A stretch of 64,000 nucleotides of DNA from the NCBI GenBank assembly GCA_002269645.1, contig NIVC01001446.1, positions 1-64,000 on the forward strand, in the 5' to 3' direction. Position 1 is the stretch's first letter; each line of letters begins with the position of its first letter. This DNA comes from Macrostomum lignano. Lineage: Eukaryota. This document shows, in pieces, positions 8,500 to 22,630 of the stretch. The notes below the pieces were generated by a model. The model had not been told where the DNA came from, searched no databases, and was given only the letters and a program-made list of their open reading frames with translations. A program made the position numbers and the translations under genes.

Positions 8500-10968
8500 A
8501 TGCTGCTACTAGGCCTAATTTTGATCTGCGCTGTCACCGCGACCGCCACGGTGCCAGATGTCTCCTCTGATGAGCGAATTGCCGCGGCACTGCGCTTAAA
8601 GTCTGCCAACGGCTACAACCCGGATGTGAGACCGCCACCGGATAATGGGACGGCTAATCTGGTCCGGGTGCACACCAATTTTAATAGTCTGGTGGCTGTC
8701 GTGAGTTTTGGACGATATCAACTAATGAACTCGACATATGTACGCAAATGTTCCCACATTTACTCATTAATTATTCATTATTTCTGCTGTTCAGAATTCC
8801 GCATCTCAGGAGGTCAGTCTACTCCTGTGGCTTACACTGGTAAGACATATTTAGAGACCGCGAATCCCTCTCTAATGTTCTGCAGATTTTTCAGGATCAG
8901 CAACAGGTAAAAAGTCATCAACTTTTTTCCAGTCCTGGACGGACCGCCGACTTTCCTGGCACGGTCGCTTCAACGACAGTTTGGACAGCGAGACGGCGGT
9001 CTACTTTCCGGCCAGGCTGCTGTGGCTACCGGATGTGTCTTTCATCGATCTGTGAGACCGGGATGTGTTCGTTACCATTTTGATTCTCACTAGCTGCTCT
9101 GTTCTACTAGGTAGATACTCGTTAATATAAATTATATATCATATTTATATTATATATTATATATTATATTTATATTGATATTTATATTAATATAAATGAA
9201 AAAAATCAATGAGTCCATTGGTTGTTTATACGAGTGTACAGTCTGCAATGTGGATACCCACTTTGCTTTTGTATATTCCTCTAACTGGTAAGTAGAAGCC
9301 CTCTATAGAATATTACTGGGACTTTGTACAACATTTTTCTTGCGGATTCAACGAGTTGACGATGCGGCATTACTGAAGCATTTTAAGAGTAAGCAAATCG
9401 TGCGCCTGAACTGCATGGTTAATGGAAGCTCTAATAGACGTTACTAAACTCAAGAACAATAAAGAAGCAATCCACATGATGCTTGCAACGTTACACTGTC
9501 CAACCAAAACTTGCAGCTTGTTCATACAGCGGGTGTCATTTAGCAACGCAATGGCTCACGTTAGCTCTCAGGGATCGGTAATGTACACCTCCCAGTACGT
9601 GATTACCAGCAAGTGCCCAATGAGAATGTTCGAGTTTCCCTATGACAAGCAGCGCTGCGTAGTGCCCATCTCGTCAGCCATTCATTCGAAGCAGGTGCTG
9701 GCTTTGCACATCGGAGCCTACCTAGAGAACGACTCCATCACGAAGTACCTGGCCCGCAACGACGAGTTTTGCATTACAGGAGCGACAATCAGGAAGACTG
9801 CGGACTACTACTTTGATATTCTGCAGTTTGCCATCACTTTCAAGGTAAGAATATTGCGTCTGTATCTAACAAATTTAATTGGCTTGCAAAATTTTTAGGC
9901 AACATCACGTTCCAATATTTTTTTCAGAGACGGCCCATTTTCTACGTGATAAACCTAATCCTGCCCAGCCTCCTGCTGCTCGCCATCTCCACCGTCACCT
10001 TCCGACTGCCGCCGGACTGCGGCGAGCGGATGTCATTCAGCATCACCATCGTGCTGTCCATGTGCGTGTTCCTGCAGATGGTTAACGAGCACACGCCCAC
10101 GCAGAGTGAATCCGTCCCTCTGCTAAGTGAGTTCTGTGGACATAAGTCCAGAAATCTGCTGCAGTTAATTGCACAGGAGTTGTCACTCGACAAAGAGCGA
10201 TATAAATCTATTCGTTTATAATTTACGTTTATGTTTATGAAAATGATTGGTAATGATTTTTGAGTGACAACAGCTAAGTTACTCAAGTCAAAATTCGCAA
10301 AAGAAATTTAGCTATAAACTTAGAGTGGCTTGGGTTATCACGTTCTTTGTTGAGTTGTTTTTTAATGCGAGTCTATCTGCATACCAGACGACCTTGTGAA
10401 TGAATGACTGCATACTTACTTGCCGGACCTCGTAGTTTGTTGTTTATTCTTCTTATAAATGCAGCGCGAGCTCCGGCATCCTTTACTTGTACCCACGGCT
10501 TTGTATGTACCACTTCCTCTCGACGTTATCCCACTCGATTTCAAATTTTTCTCATACGCACTCGCCCACTCTCTTCTATTTCCTGGTCCAGCCTGCTACT
10601 GCACTCTGGCGGTGGTGATGACAATGACCGTCGTCTTGGGCAACGCCTTCGTTCTCAGCTGCCACAGCCGGTGTTGCCGCGCCGCTCCCCCGGGACGTCT
10701 GCTCCGGACGCTGTTCCTTCACTCGTTCGTCGCTCGTCGGAGCCGTCGGCAGCCGGAAGCCGACGGTTCAGTCCGGCAGAGCTTGTCGCCCGACAACGAG
10801 TCTGAGACCGCCTGCGAGAACGCTCTGCGCTGTCAATGGAGCACCATAATTTCAGGCGTTGACACCTGCCTGTTTGCGTTCTATTTTGGCATTACCGTGT
10901 CTTTGGTGATAGCACTGGCCGCTATTGGACTTGTTACAGATGGCCAGAAGTGCATCAATGAGGACTAA
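8500..10968 (+). CDS. Cys-loop receptor subunit copy 3, intact; exons 8500-8700, 8795-8839, 8933-9051, 9517-9844, 9928-10126, 10592-10968
   Basis: Consistent intron phases; Cys-loop CPMRMFEFPYDKQRC; TM1-4 with LPPDCGERMSFSITIVLS; no vicinal Cys-Cys. Confidence 0.9.
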
Positions 10969-11261
10969 TTAGTTGCGGAAAGAGGAATCTAGAGTTGCAA
11001 CTTAAAAATTACGCGTTAACGCTTGCGTCAAGTCGATGGTTCTCTGTTCCGCTCCCTAGACCAGCATATGTGATTCTTTCGACAGCTTTTATCAAGTCAC
11101 AGTTAAACAATAGCAATGTTCAAAATGTCTATGGTAATTTAGTTCAAGGCAATGACATTCATACAATGACCGGTCATTGTTTGGAATTTTTAGAAGTGGT
11201 ATAATTTTTTAAGTTAACGCGTATATTTTAAACTTAACATATAACAATCAAAAGCACACTT

Positions 11262-11834
11262 TTAGCTATAGTTAATTCGTCGCACAAATGTCTCACAAAA
11301 TTTAGTTGAACTTGCATTGATTAAAGCTGCATCCATTGAAACTGAACTTAGCCACAGGGTTGTCGTGACTATTGAAGCCGGTAAAGCATAGGCCCGATTG
11401 GATGGAGACAGTGGCATCCGAGCCAGGAGCAGGGAATATGACTTTCCATCCTGCCGCTTCAATTTAAATTAGAAGTACCTTAAGTACTGATTGAGGGTTT
11501 CGGCCGGCACTTCTGAAACGTCTCGTAGTTTCTCACTCGCTAGGAAATTAAGGAAGCGTTCACCGTGAATGTACATCTGCTTCCTCGTTTCGGCAGGTAG
11601 GCTTTCAATTTCTACTCGATCCATCTCGTTAACATCAAGTTGCTCGCCATCTAGGCACGGCAGTTCATCGTTAGAACGATCACTTTGAATGTAGTCAAGG
11701 AACGCGGCAAAGTCGTCGTTGCGTGGGTCGATGTTTGAAGTCTCGGAAATAAAGTTCAGTTCGAACGAGTCGACATTGCCGAATTCGTCGATAGGCAGAT
11801 TGCGCCAATTGATTGGAAAATGAATTCCTTCCAT
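11262..11834 (-). mobile_element. Crypton-like (DUF3504-type) remnant, internally deleted and frameshifted
   Basis: RFLNFL...VPAETLNQYLRYF...LKRQDGKSYS(PA) resembles the Crypton/KCTD1/ZMYM N-terminal domain; joined to an FSFNGCSFNQCKFN* tail; recombinase core absent. Confidence 0.55.
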
Positions 11835-14800
11835 TCTATCGCGACTCTATGAAATTGATTCTACTCGCCCGATGAACAGCGACTCTTTAAAACTCCGTCG
11901 TCTTGACCATAGACACATAATTCTCCATGATTTCGTGTGTTCTGCCGTTGTCTGGAACTGAACTAACTGATTTTTTCTAATCCTTGGCTTTTACCATAGA
12001 CATGGCAGATATTAAGATGTGGGGGCTTCGCCCCCACACCTTCATTTCCGTCCCCCACCCACTTTGATTTCTAACCCATATCTGACAATTTGGACAATGA
12101 TGTCGCCTGGAATTGAGATTTTAGACAACCACCCATTGTGTAGAAAATGGAAAAATCATTGAGTGACTGCAGTCGGGTTTTAAACTCGACCACGACAGAG
12201 AGTCTTAAATCTTATCCTGCGGTGTAATTTTCGAAAAGTGTAATTTTCGGTGTAGAAAGAAGTTTCTGTAGTGCCCAATGACTTGTCGAGCATTGCTATC
12301 CATACATGCGCATATGATACATGAACGTATGCAAAACATTCGCCGCGCTTGCAGTAGCTTTTTGCTTTTCATGCATGCAGATCAAACTGAGGCAGGATTG
12401 TCTTGGAGATCTTGATGGATCTGTTCTTGCAGTCAGTAGGGGTGCCGTACTGTACAGTGAGTTGTACCTGGTACTTGAATGCGAATATGCGATGGGGAAT
12501 ACGAGTGGCGTCTTGCAACAGTAGCCGAACCAAATCGATGCATCATCGGCCAATCTCGACGAGAATTCTAACAGCAGCAGCCGCCAGACTTCCGGCAAAC
12601 CCACTAGCAGTTCCGGACTCTGGCTAGCCGCCAGGTTGGGCTGTCAGGTGTCGGGCAAAAGTTCGCTTGCCATGTGTCACGAATAGCCGGAATACGTGTC
12701 CCCCAGCCGAAAATAATGACCTTCGGCAGGTCTATCAGCATGTCCTGTTGGACAGACGGGAAAGCGGTCTCGACTGTACCGTGTGGTGCAATCGTCGACT
12801 CCAAGGGTCGGCCCTCTCGAGGGGCTCCTTGATGGGCTCTCTCGATATTTGGTGTGGCACTAAAAGCAAAGCAAACAGACAGCAAAAACCTTTGTTCTAT
12901 GCAAAAAATTTCTCCCTTGACGTGTTGGGCTTGAATGATTTATTATTCTACAGTAAAAACAGATGCAATTAATTTTCCTCGGAAAATCTCTTACCTTAGT
13001 TAAAATATAGGCTTCCATATCTTTTTTTGTCAAGTTCGATTTTGATTTCCATACTATTAGTAGCAAATAGATATGTCATCAGCGTCTGATTCGAATAATC
13101 GTGGAAAAATTATGATTCAAAGATAATATTTTGATTTTTATTCTATGCCTATGATAGGTGTGGGTCGACACCTTGAGGCCCAAACACGAGTAGCTAAGAG
13201 TAACTGAAATCCACTGCTGCTTACTGTATTTCTTGCTGTCTGTCTCAAAGTCAGATAGCTACACGACGAAGGATCTGTTAAGTTTTTTTTACTTTTTTAA
13301 GCAAGCTTCCGGTACAAATGTTGGTGGAAAGGATATCTTGACAAATCGACAAGTCTTCAAATATTGAACGAGGAACAAAACGATTATTTTAGACTAATAC
13401 TAAAAGTATTACTAGTAACACTAATGGTGGTAGTAATGATAATAGCAGTACTAATGATACTTGCAAGTGGACTGTAGGCACCCTGTTGCAACGCCTTCAG
13501 ACACATCGTCCGAAAACCAGTTTCTTCTACTTCTTCTACTTCAAGTAGTAGTTAACCAAGTTTGAAACCTTTTAAAAACTTTAAACTAACTGAATTATCC
13601 AATTAAATGATGTACCGTGCCAGCAAATTTTCGACTCCCTTAACTTAAAAGTAGCCTCAGAGGTCATGAAATGATCTGAGAGGCTGAGAACAATCACAAA
13701 TACTGTATGCAGGCACGCACACAGGGTGTAAAACGGCCCCGACTTTCTAATCGCTAGGCAGGTTTGAAAAATAAATCAATAATGTAAAATGAAAATTCCT
13801 GGGCATTGCAGCACTCCGGTTATCGCAGAGAGATTTACCTAAACGAGAAATGAAAATAAAAAAAGATTTGAAGAGAAACAGACTTGAGAGTGAGAGAATA
13901 TGAGAACTCATAGGGCGCAGATGTTAAATTTTAGGAAACTTTAGAAGGCCAGAGCAAACCATCGCATTGTGTTGGCAGGTCTGAGCACTCCACTTGATTG
14001 CAGAGACATCTGAGGACAAAAGTCGCCTTCCCACAGACTTTGGGAGTAACCCCGTGAAGACAGAAAGTCAGACTGAGGCAGAAACGCAGCCTCACCGGCC
14101 TATTCAAATCCTCCAATTTATCTTTTCCCTAACTTTTCAAGTGTCCTACTACAGGTGGCGAACGTCTCTTCAATGTCATTCTCCAGCAGCCGGGTTTTTC
14201 ACAGAGGAAATTTCCAGCCACATAGAAGAGCAAGCAGAATTTCTGCCGTGAAAGCACACTACCATTAGAGTTCCCGTGTTGCTAGGGTGACTGCAAGCTG
14301 AGGGCAGAATGAAGAACGATTAATTCGTTTCCTTCGACAGGTCGTATTATATTTGAATTATAAGTTCTCTCTTGCAATATAAACTTTTTTATATGCGAGT
14401 AATTATTGATTCTACTAGTATCTAATATCATATTCAGGCAGCATCTCTGCAGTGGCTGTAGCTATAAGAAAGAGAATTTAAAAAGTTAAGACAAACGTTG
14501 CATAGAGCTAGAATAGGCAAGGGTAATTGTTCTATGAAGGTAGGACTAACCAAGGCAACGCAATACATTTTCGTCGAAAATTCAGAAAGTTACTTTAGGC
14601 TAAAAAATATGTCTACTTCTGCCGTACAATTAGTTGAGATACAGTGGTTATATATTTAGTTTGTTTATTATCAAGAAAAAAGACGGATTACGAGCTAAGG
14701 CAGTTTCTAAATAAAGCTTTTTCGCTGCTTTTCAAAAACTTGGTTGGAGAAAAACTGAAAATAAATTTTGAACGCAAGCAGGTATATGTAGGTTTCATGA

Positions 14801-14921
14801 AGTTGAAAATCATAAGCTACTTCGTATAGCAATGTAAGGATATTAAAAAAACTTTTTGTAACCGTTTTTAACACACGCAAGATTTCGTCATTGTTGGATC
14901 ATAATTTCAATGTTAGACTCT

Positions 14922-15674
14922 TCAGAACACGGACTGGCACTCGCAGATGTACTTGCGAGCACTGCTGCAGGAGTCATCGTCAACGCCTCCAGTTGAATAG
15001 CCATGCCAAAGATTTGTGCACTCCAATGACGCAGGACCGTTCGGCTCTCCAGAGTGCCATACGCTGGCGTTCACGGGCAGGTTGCAGGCGGCCCAGAACC
15101 AGTCAGAGTGCGCATTCGAAGTTCCAGATCCGCCAAGGAAAAAATCAGACGAGCTGCCCATCAGCTGCTTCAGCGACCTCAGGTGCAGAGCCTCATCAAG
15201 GTCGATCGCATCAGAGAACTTGGTCAGTCCGGGATCCGCACTGCAGGTCAGGTTGGCGTTGTTCCAGGTGAGTGTCACCGACGTGACCACCTTGTACGAT
15301 GTGCCGTATCTCGTGTGCTCGTATCCGGACGGACACAGGCGACCCGGAGGTACGCCGGGCAGAGACCTCACATACACAGTCACCTGGTGAGTGCAGCTCG
15401 GCACAGACTGCACACGGTGACTGCACGCATCGAACAGGAACAGCTTGCACTGACAGGCTCCAGCTGTCAGCACTGAGAAGGCCTGACACTTGTCCTTCCT
15501 AGCGCAGGCGAGGCTGCATTCGAGCGGAGTGCACAGACCGGACACGGTGCTGGTGAAGTCGGAGCTCACGCAGTCCAGTCCGGTGGTTTGGTGGAATTTC
15601 AGCCTGGCAGAGCTGCAGGACTCGGACAGCACCGCAGGGACCCACAGCAGCAGTAGAAAAACACAAAGCTGCAT
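14922..15674 (-). CDS. Secreted C-type lectin (N-terminal PAN/apple-like Cys domain + CTLD), EPN type, intronless
   Basis: Signal peptide, TWNNANLTC, FFLGG, WHSGEPNG, DDDSC..ARKYICE. Confidence 0.88.
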   Translation of the reverse strand: MQLCVFLLLLWVPAVLSESCSSARLKFHQTTGLDCVSSDFTSTVSGLCTPLECSLACARKDKCQAFSVLTAGACQCKLFLFDACSHRVQSVPSCTHQVTVYVRSLPGVPPGRLCPSGYEHTRYGTSYKVVTSVTLTWNNANLTCSADPGLTKFSDAIDLDEALHLRSLKQLMGSSSDFFLGGSGTSNAHSDWFWAACNLPVNASVWHSGEPNGPASLECTNLWHGYSTGGVDDDSCSSARKYICECQSVF

Positions 15675-15989
15675 TGGGCTTAATTTGTTTTGCTTCTAAT
15701 GAACAAATAATTCGGTAAACGTTAATACCTTTTAAGATACGCCGGGTCTTAACAGGTTAGAAGGAAATTCTAAGGCTTTTATGAACAGTCAGAAAGCAAC
15801 TCCTTTTCAGTCAGAAAACTTCTGATTGGTTTATTTTTTTTAACTAGAACGCAGAAATTTCAGCGAGTAAGTTGCATTTTACTTCCGTACTCTAGCAGTT
15901 TCCTGGAAATGAATTCCAACCTTAATAAACCTCTCTAAACAAGCTCAACCGCCATCGATTGTCTTGCGATGAGCCAGTGCTTTTCTAGG

Positions 15990-17200
15990 AGCAAATAGCC
16001 TCAATTTGGCAGTCCTTGATGATAAAATTATGATCATTTCACATATACGAGTAGTTCTAAGCTTAGTACCTGTTCTTTTTGCAGTCAATTTTCTGCAAAA
16101 GTGGACACGGAGAAGTAGTCTATTGCCCAAAAAATGGCTAGAAAGCGGCATCAGTTTTTCAACTGAGACAAAACCAAAGGATCTTGGTAACTCCTACAGC
16201 GTACTGCGTGTACTGTCAAAGGGAAAACAATTGTAGAAATGGCACTGCACCAAAACCAACCAAAGGCCTTGTGGAGGTTCAATCTCTGCCATCGGAGAGC
16301 AGACAACGCGTCAGTCAATCAAGTCGTCAATAGAGAAGGGCTCTTTGTGGTCTTGCTTCAGTTTAGAGTTTTTTGTCTGTAACCTGCTCAAAGCCTAGCT
16401 CTCAGAAAAGCTTCTGCACTGATGAATGGTCTGAGTATAGCTTGGCCATAGACAAAATTCCTCTTTTTTCCATGGAGTCCTCCGCTCACAGGGTGTACAA
16501 AATTGATTGCTCAGTTGGAAAACTGATTGCGCCTTCTAGCCATTTTGGTTTGGGCCATAGACTACTCTTATTGGGCGAAGCCACAGAGTCTCCGTGTCCA
16601 CTTTTAAAAGCACTGAGTAAAAAATGGACTGCAAAAAGCGATATTAATAAGGTAGAAAAACGCCCTATCTGTACATCTAACTATTGATTCTTAGGATAAA
16701 AGATCAAGTATATTTTCGATACCTTGATATCTATGTTACCATGAAAAGAACGAAATGCGTATTAGAAATGACTCATCAAAATTTTCAAATGGACTTTAAA
16801 AGCACGTAAGGCGATCTCATGAAAAGTGGCGTTGATTGATAGCTGTATGAATAATACATAGCCAGAGCCAGTAAATGAACTGAACTAAAGTTTTACTTGC
16901 AGATTAAAACGTTTTGGAGTTCTTTAAGGCAAAATTTTTCATCCTTAGAGTTCTCAAGGGGTTCTCGTACAGTACTCATGCTTTTCAAGAGACCTGACGC
17001 AGCAGCTAATTGCCTATCATCTAGCCAAGAAGACATGCAGTTTGGAAGACCTGTATGAATGCACAAGAAGCATTGTCAAGTCTACCTCAAACTCCCTAAG
17101 CTCTGTCTATTGTGGGAATTTCCGTCAGCACACTTGCTGTGAAAGAGCTGCATAACACGCCATAGAAACGGCTGAGGGCTGGAGTTGTGAATGTCTACCA
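15990..17200 (+). mobile_element. Highly decayed Penelope-like retroelement (RT and possible GIY-YIG remnants)
   Basis: Broken motifs in expected order: SLVPVLFAVNFL, QTKGLV.GS, LTIDS...YLDIYV, later YCG...CERAA.H; many stops and frameshifts; boundaries approximate. Confidence 0.35.
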
Positions 17201-18302
17201 ATTAGGAAAAACAAAGACATAAAGGACTTCCTAGCTCAATATCCATCCTTGCAGATTTACCTCAGAAAAGCTGCCAAAGTTATTGCCACATTTGTCTTCC
17301 TCAGTTTCATATGACAAGTGTAACGAATGTAATCAGATAATTTGTGTAGTATTTCCCTACATTTCCCCCTGTATTTGGCCTCATCATGGGTGCTGTCTTT
17401 GAATTTCTTCTTGCCTGTGTTGTGTCGTGGCAAGGAGCCCTTAAAAGGGTCGTTTTACTAACTAACTAAAAGGGATATTTTTCTTACTACTCTACTGTAA
17501 GTAGGCGTCACCGTAAATGTGATGCAAACAATTAATACATTTTCTTGTTGCCAAATTTATCGATCGCGTAATAATTCATGGTTGGATGTGTAATATAAGC
17601 GCGGGTTGTCCTAAGTTACTCGCGGTTTCTGCGGAAAACCGCCTAATTACTCGCGGTTTTCCTGTGTTTGTCTATCAAGACACCACAGCCTGCATTTTGT
17701 TGAGTTTCCTTTGACGTGATGTGCAGTATTGAAGCAGCAGCTGTCTGTGGGTCACTAGTTTCTGTCTGCGTGCCACTGCTTTCCTTCTACCATGGTTGGT
17801 TGATGATTGCCAGGCGCATTGTGCCTTGGGGCCCTCACCCGATCGGCAAAAAGTTTTTGAAGCGGAACTCTCCTGCTTGCAAGCTTTAGCATCTCCTGCA
17901 TCTCCTAAAGACTCCTGATGCATTCACACGCCTTTCTCTATGGAGAAAACGTGTTTAAAGTCAAGAATTCTCATTCGAAACTCAATTTCCCAGAGTCCAA
18001 CGAATGGTTTCGGTTGAAGATTGAAAGTCATTGTTAAGATAGCTCGCAAGTGGATTACATAAAAGTCTAGCCCTACGACGCGTAACCCCGCAATTCATAT
18101 TCATACCGTCTGCGCCCCACTCCATAAACCCCACTAATTCTTAATTCCTTTCATTTAGCCCCGTTAATCCTTGTCTTAAAACCCTTGCCACTTACGACCT
18201 CCCCTAAACCACTGTCCCTAAACCCTTCGCCCTTCACCCCTGGCCCTAAAATCCCTGTCAATAAAAAACCTGGCCCTAAACCCTGTCTTTAAACGCCTGT
18301 AT

Positions 18303-18988
<686 letters not shown>

Positions 18989-19611
18989 TTGTCGCTAAAC
19001 AAAAGCAGCTCAAGTTCTGCAGAGCAGAATACAGTCCAGCAAAGAAACAGTGGGGACAGAGTCCAGCACACTATTCACACGCTGGCGCCCTCTCCAGTGA
19101 GCTCAAGCCTTACCTTGACGGTCTAATGGGACCATCTCCGCCTCACCGCTTCTCTACAGAGCCACTCCACCCGCTGTTAAAAGCTACAGTTTAGTTACCA
19201 TGGCAACTTGACTGGGGGGGGGGAATTTCTGCCGCAAAACAGCTGCTTTGAAATTTTGGTTGGGTGAGGCTGTCTTCAACAATGGGGCTGTTTTTCCTTT
19301 CAAAAAGAAAAAACTTTCTAAGAAGGCATTTTGGCAGGATCCAGACAGATGCATTTTGTGACAGCGCTCATAATACGCTCGCACATAAGAATATATTTGT
19401 TGGGACTCACGTATTCTACGTGTAAGGCAGCTCCTAAAGTAACTTTTTTCAGTAAATTAAATGGACAGATTAACGATAGATCACGGAAAATTAGAAATGG
19501 TAGATAATTTTAGTAATAAAACATAGCTAGAGAAACAAATAATTGTACTCATTAGGCTGCTTTTTCCAGTGGAGTTTCCAGCGTTCAAAGTTTTTTAATT
19601 TCCAACCGGCT

Positions 19612-20036
19612 CAGGGCGTAGCCAAGGTCTTTCATTGGGGCCACATCGTGGGGGCGTCATCGTGGCGGCTTTAGCACCAGGGGCTTTAGCACCAGGGGCT
19701 TTAGCTCCAGGGGCTTTAGCACCAGGGGGCTTTAGCACCAGGGGCGCCAGCACCAGGGGCGCCAGCACCAGGGGCGCCAGCACCAGGGGCGCCAGCACCA
19801 GGGGCGCCAGCACCAGGGGCGCCAGCACCAGGGGCGCCAGCACCAGGGGCGCCAGCACCAGGGGCGCCAGCACCAGGGGCGCCAGCACCAGGGGCGCCAG
19901 CACCAGGGGCGCCAGCACCAGGGGCGCCAGCACCAGGGGCGCCAGCACCAGGGGCGCCAGCACCAACTGGCAAGGGAACGCCAGAGTTTTGGCACTCCTT
20001 CGGCCTCCCTTGGCGCCCACCCCGGCTACGGCCCTG
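19612..20036. mobile_element. MITE-like element with CAGGG terminal inverted repeats and internal 15-bp tandem array
   Basis: cagggcgtagcc ... ggctacggccctg ends; (caccaggggcgccag)n inside; no clear TSD. Confidence 0.6.
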
Positions 20037-20318
20037 CAATTTTCCATAATATTTCTGTTTATAGTTTTCCATAATATCCGGATAAATAGAGAATATATCG
20101 CGAATATCTATCTAGTATCTAAGCATTGCTAAAGCTAGCCTTAAATCAAGACTGCGACTACACAAAATGGTACTCTGTATTGTAAGAGTGGTGCATGCAA
20201 TGGAGAGCTACAATGGAAAATTTTGCTGGTGCCGAAAGTTTTAGTTCTTTTTCAGATGGCCTAAGATTCAAAATGGCCCTGTTAACTATTGTATCAAGAG
20301 AAGTTGTCGAAGGCAGTG

Positions 20319-21089
20319 TCAGAACACGGATTGGCACTCGCAGATGTACCAGGTTGAGATGTCGCATCCATGGTCGTCGATGCCTCCGGTGCTAAAATAA
20401 GAGCACAGGTTGGCGCAGCCGCTTCCATCAAAATTAACTCCGTCGGGCTGCCCACTCTGCCAGACACTCGCATCGATGGTCAGGTTGCAGGCGGTCCAGA
20501 CCCAGTTGGACTTGGTTGTGGCAGTGGATATGTCAGTTGTCAGCTTGCCGCCCAGGAAGCAGTCGGGGTTGTAGTCTGCCCGCACCAGCAACCTCAGGTA
20601 CGCGGCTTCCTCGAAATCAATTGCGTCAGCGAACTTCGAAAGTCCCGGTTGCGTACTGCAGATTTGGTTGGCAGTTTGCCAATTCTTTTTTGGAGACGAT
20701 GTAATCTTGTACGAGGTGCCGTATTTGGTATGCTCGTATCCGGACGGACACAGGCGACCCGGAGGTACGCCGGGCAGAGACCTCACATACACAGTCACCT
20801 GATGAGTGCAGCTCGGCACAGACTGCACACGGTGACTGCACGCATCGAACAGGAACAGCTTGCACTGACAGGCTCCAGCTGTCAGCAGTCTGAAAGCCTG
20901 ACACTTGGGCATTTGAGCGCACTGAATGCTGCACTCGAGTGGAGAGCACAGGCCCGACACAGTTCGAGTGAACTCGGGGCTCACGCAGTCCACACCGGTG
21001 ATTGGAGAGAATTTCACTCCGTCAGAGCTGCAGGAATCGGACAGAACTGCCGACACCCACAGCAGCTGCAGCAGTGCGAAGAGCAGCAT
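20319..21089 (-). CDS. Secreted C-type lectin paralog, QPD type, intronless, 256 aa from MLLFALLQ
   Basis: Same architecture as 14922-15674; WQSGQPDG; ATG at 21089 begins the signal peptide. Confidence 0.88.
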   Translation of the reverse strand: MLLFALLQLLWVSAVLSDSCSSDGVKFSPITGVDCVSPEFTRTVSGLCSPLECSIQCAQMPKCQAFRLLTAGACQCKLFLFDACSHRVQSVPSCTHQVTVYVRSLPGVPPGRLCPSGYEHTKYGTSYKITSSPKKNWQTANQICSTQPGLSKFADAIDFEEAAYLRLLVRADYNPDCFLGGKLTTDISTATTKSNWVWTACNLTIDASVWQSGQPDGVNFDGSGCANLCSYFSTGGIDDHGCDISTWYICECQSVF

Positions 21090-21834
21090 TGGACAGCAGA
21101 TTGCTGGAATGATCGTTGAGCAGTGGAACTTCAGTGTGAAATAAACGACTACAGTCTTGCTTCTTGCTTCAATAGCTCCTGTCACGTCTTTCAAGTCTTA
21201 GGAGTGATCTTTTTAAGGAGACATTCAGACAGACACTTCTTGCCGTGGAACCTGGCGCCCGGTGGTTACAAGTCTTCACTTCTCTTTGTTGAGCCTCTTC
21301 CAACTTAACTTGTGACTCTGCTGCGCAGAAAATCGAAACAAAAGACAGCATTTCAACAGCGCCCTCAAGTCGGTCCTGTGCCTCGCGTCCTCAGTCCCAA
21401 CCTCTGTAGGATGATTCCACACCCAGTAAAACCCGCGCAGCAGAGCTAAGGACTACTAAAGTTACTAAAGCCGTCTTTGAGTAGAGCAAGCTCATGGACA
21501 ACTGAAGTAAAAGGACGGGGCATTATATTTTCCAAGAAATGTGCAGGAGGCCGATAAGGCACATATTAGTCGTATCGTTAACTGTAGTTCATTGAGTATG
21601 CTGGGAGAAATCCAAATTTCTAGCGAAGTTTTTGCTCCCCGAATTCGTCTATGGCAAAACCTATTCAGCGCTTTGCGTTCCCCAAATTATTGGCTGCTAT
21701 TTTAGACAGATGTGTTTTCGAAACAGTTTACTATGAGTAGCGAGTTGTACACGTAAACAATAAGTTAGTCTGAGGTAGCAATCGAGCTTGAATCAGGACC
21801 ATTACAATGGTTCTTACGAGTACTTAATGGTGTC

Positions 21835-22360
21835 TCTTGGTGGGCGCCCTGTCTCTTAGTCGGGGCCCCTGTTTCTTGGTGGGCGCCCCTGTCTCTTGGT
21901 CGGGGCCCCTGTTTCTTGATGGGCGCCCCTGTCTCTTGATGGGCGCCCCTGTCTCTTGGTGGGCGCCCCTGTCTCTTGATGGGCGCCCCTGTCTCTTGGT
22001 GGGTGCCCCTGTCTCTTGATGGGCGACCCTGTCTCTTGGTGGGCGCCCATGTCTCTTGGTGGGCGCCCTTATCTCTTGGTGGGCGCCCCTATCTCTTGGT
22101 GGGTGCCCCTGTGTCTTGGTGGGCGCCCCTGTCTCTTGGTGGGTGCCCTTGTCTCTTGGTGGGCGCCCCTGTCTCTTGGTGGGTGCCCCTGTGTCTTGGT
22201 AGGTGCCCCTGTCTCTAGGTGGGTGCCCCTGTGTCTTGGTAGGTGCCCCTGTCTCTAGGTGGGTGCCCCTGTGTCTTGGTGGGCGCCCCTGTCTCTTGGT
22301 GGGTGCCCCTGTGTCTTGGTGGGCGCCCCTGTCTCTTGGTGGGCGCCCCTGTCTCTTAGT
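21835..22360. repeat. 20-bp minisatellite (gggcgcccctgtctcttggt)n; short second array at about 23510-23612
   Basis: Direct reading. Confidence 0.95.
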
Positions 22361-22420
22361 CGGCACAGACTGCACACGGTGACTGCACGCATCGAATAGG
22401 AACAGCTTGCTCTGACAGCT
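22361..22420 (-). pseudogene. 60-bp fragment of a third C-type lectin copy
   Basis: Encodes CQSKLFLFDACSHRVQSVP, near-identical to both lectin genes; abuts the 20-bp minisatellite. Confidence 0.8.
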
Positions 22421-22630
22421 GCATCGAAATCGAAATGGAAAACATAACTTTAATAATCGATTGATGAATAAAAACGGCATTTTTACTCGTAGAAGTAAAG
22501 CCAGATTCTTGGCGCTTTTTATTGTAATTTCAATCCAATACATGTCATCATGTATGTGCTTCTTTGATGAGTACGTGGGTAGCAACACGCATTGCTTGCA
22601 TCACTAATCTGCGGTTTAGAAGCTTTAAGC

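Noticed and set aside
12296-12972. Cluster of overlapping short ORFs in a GC-richer patch
   Set aside because: No recognisable motif, splice pattern or RNA structure
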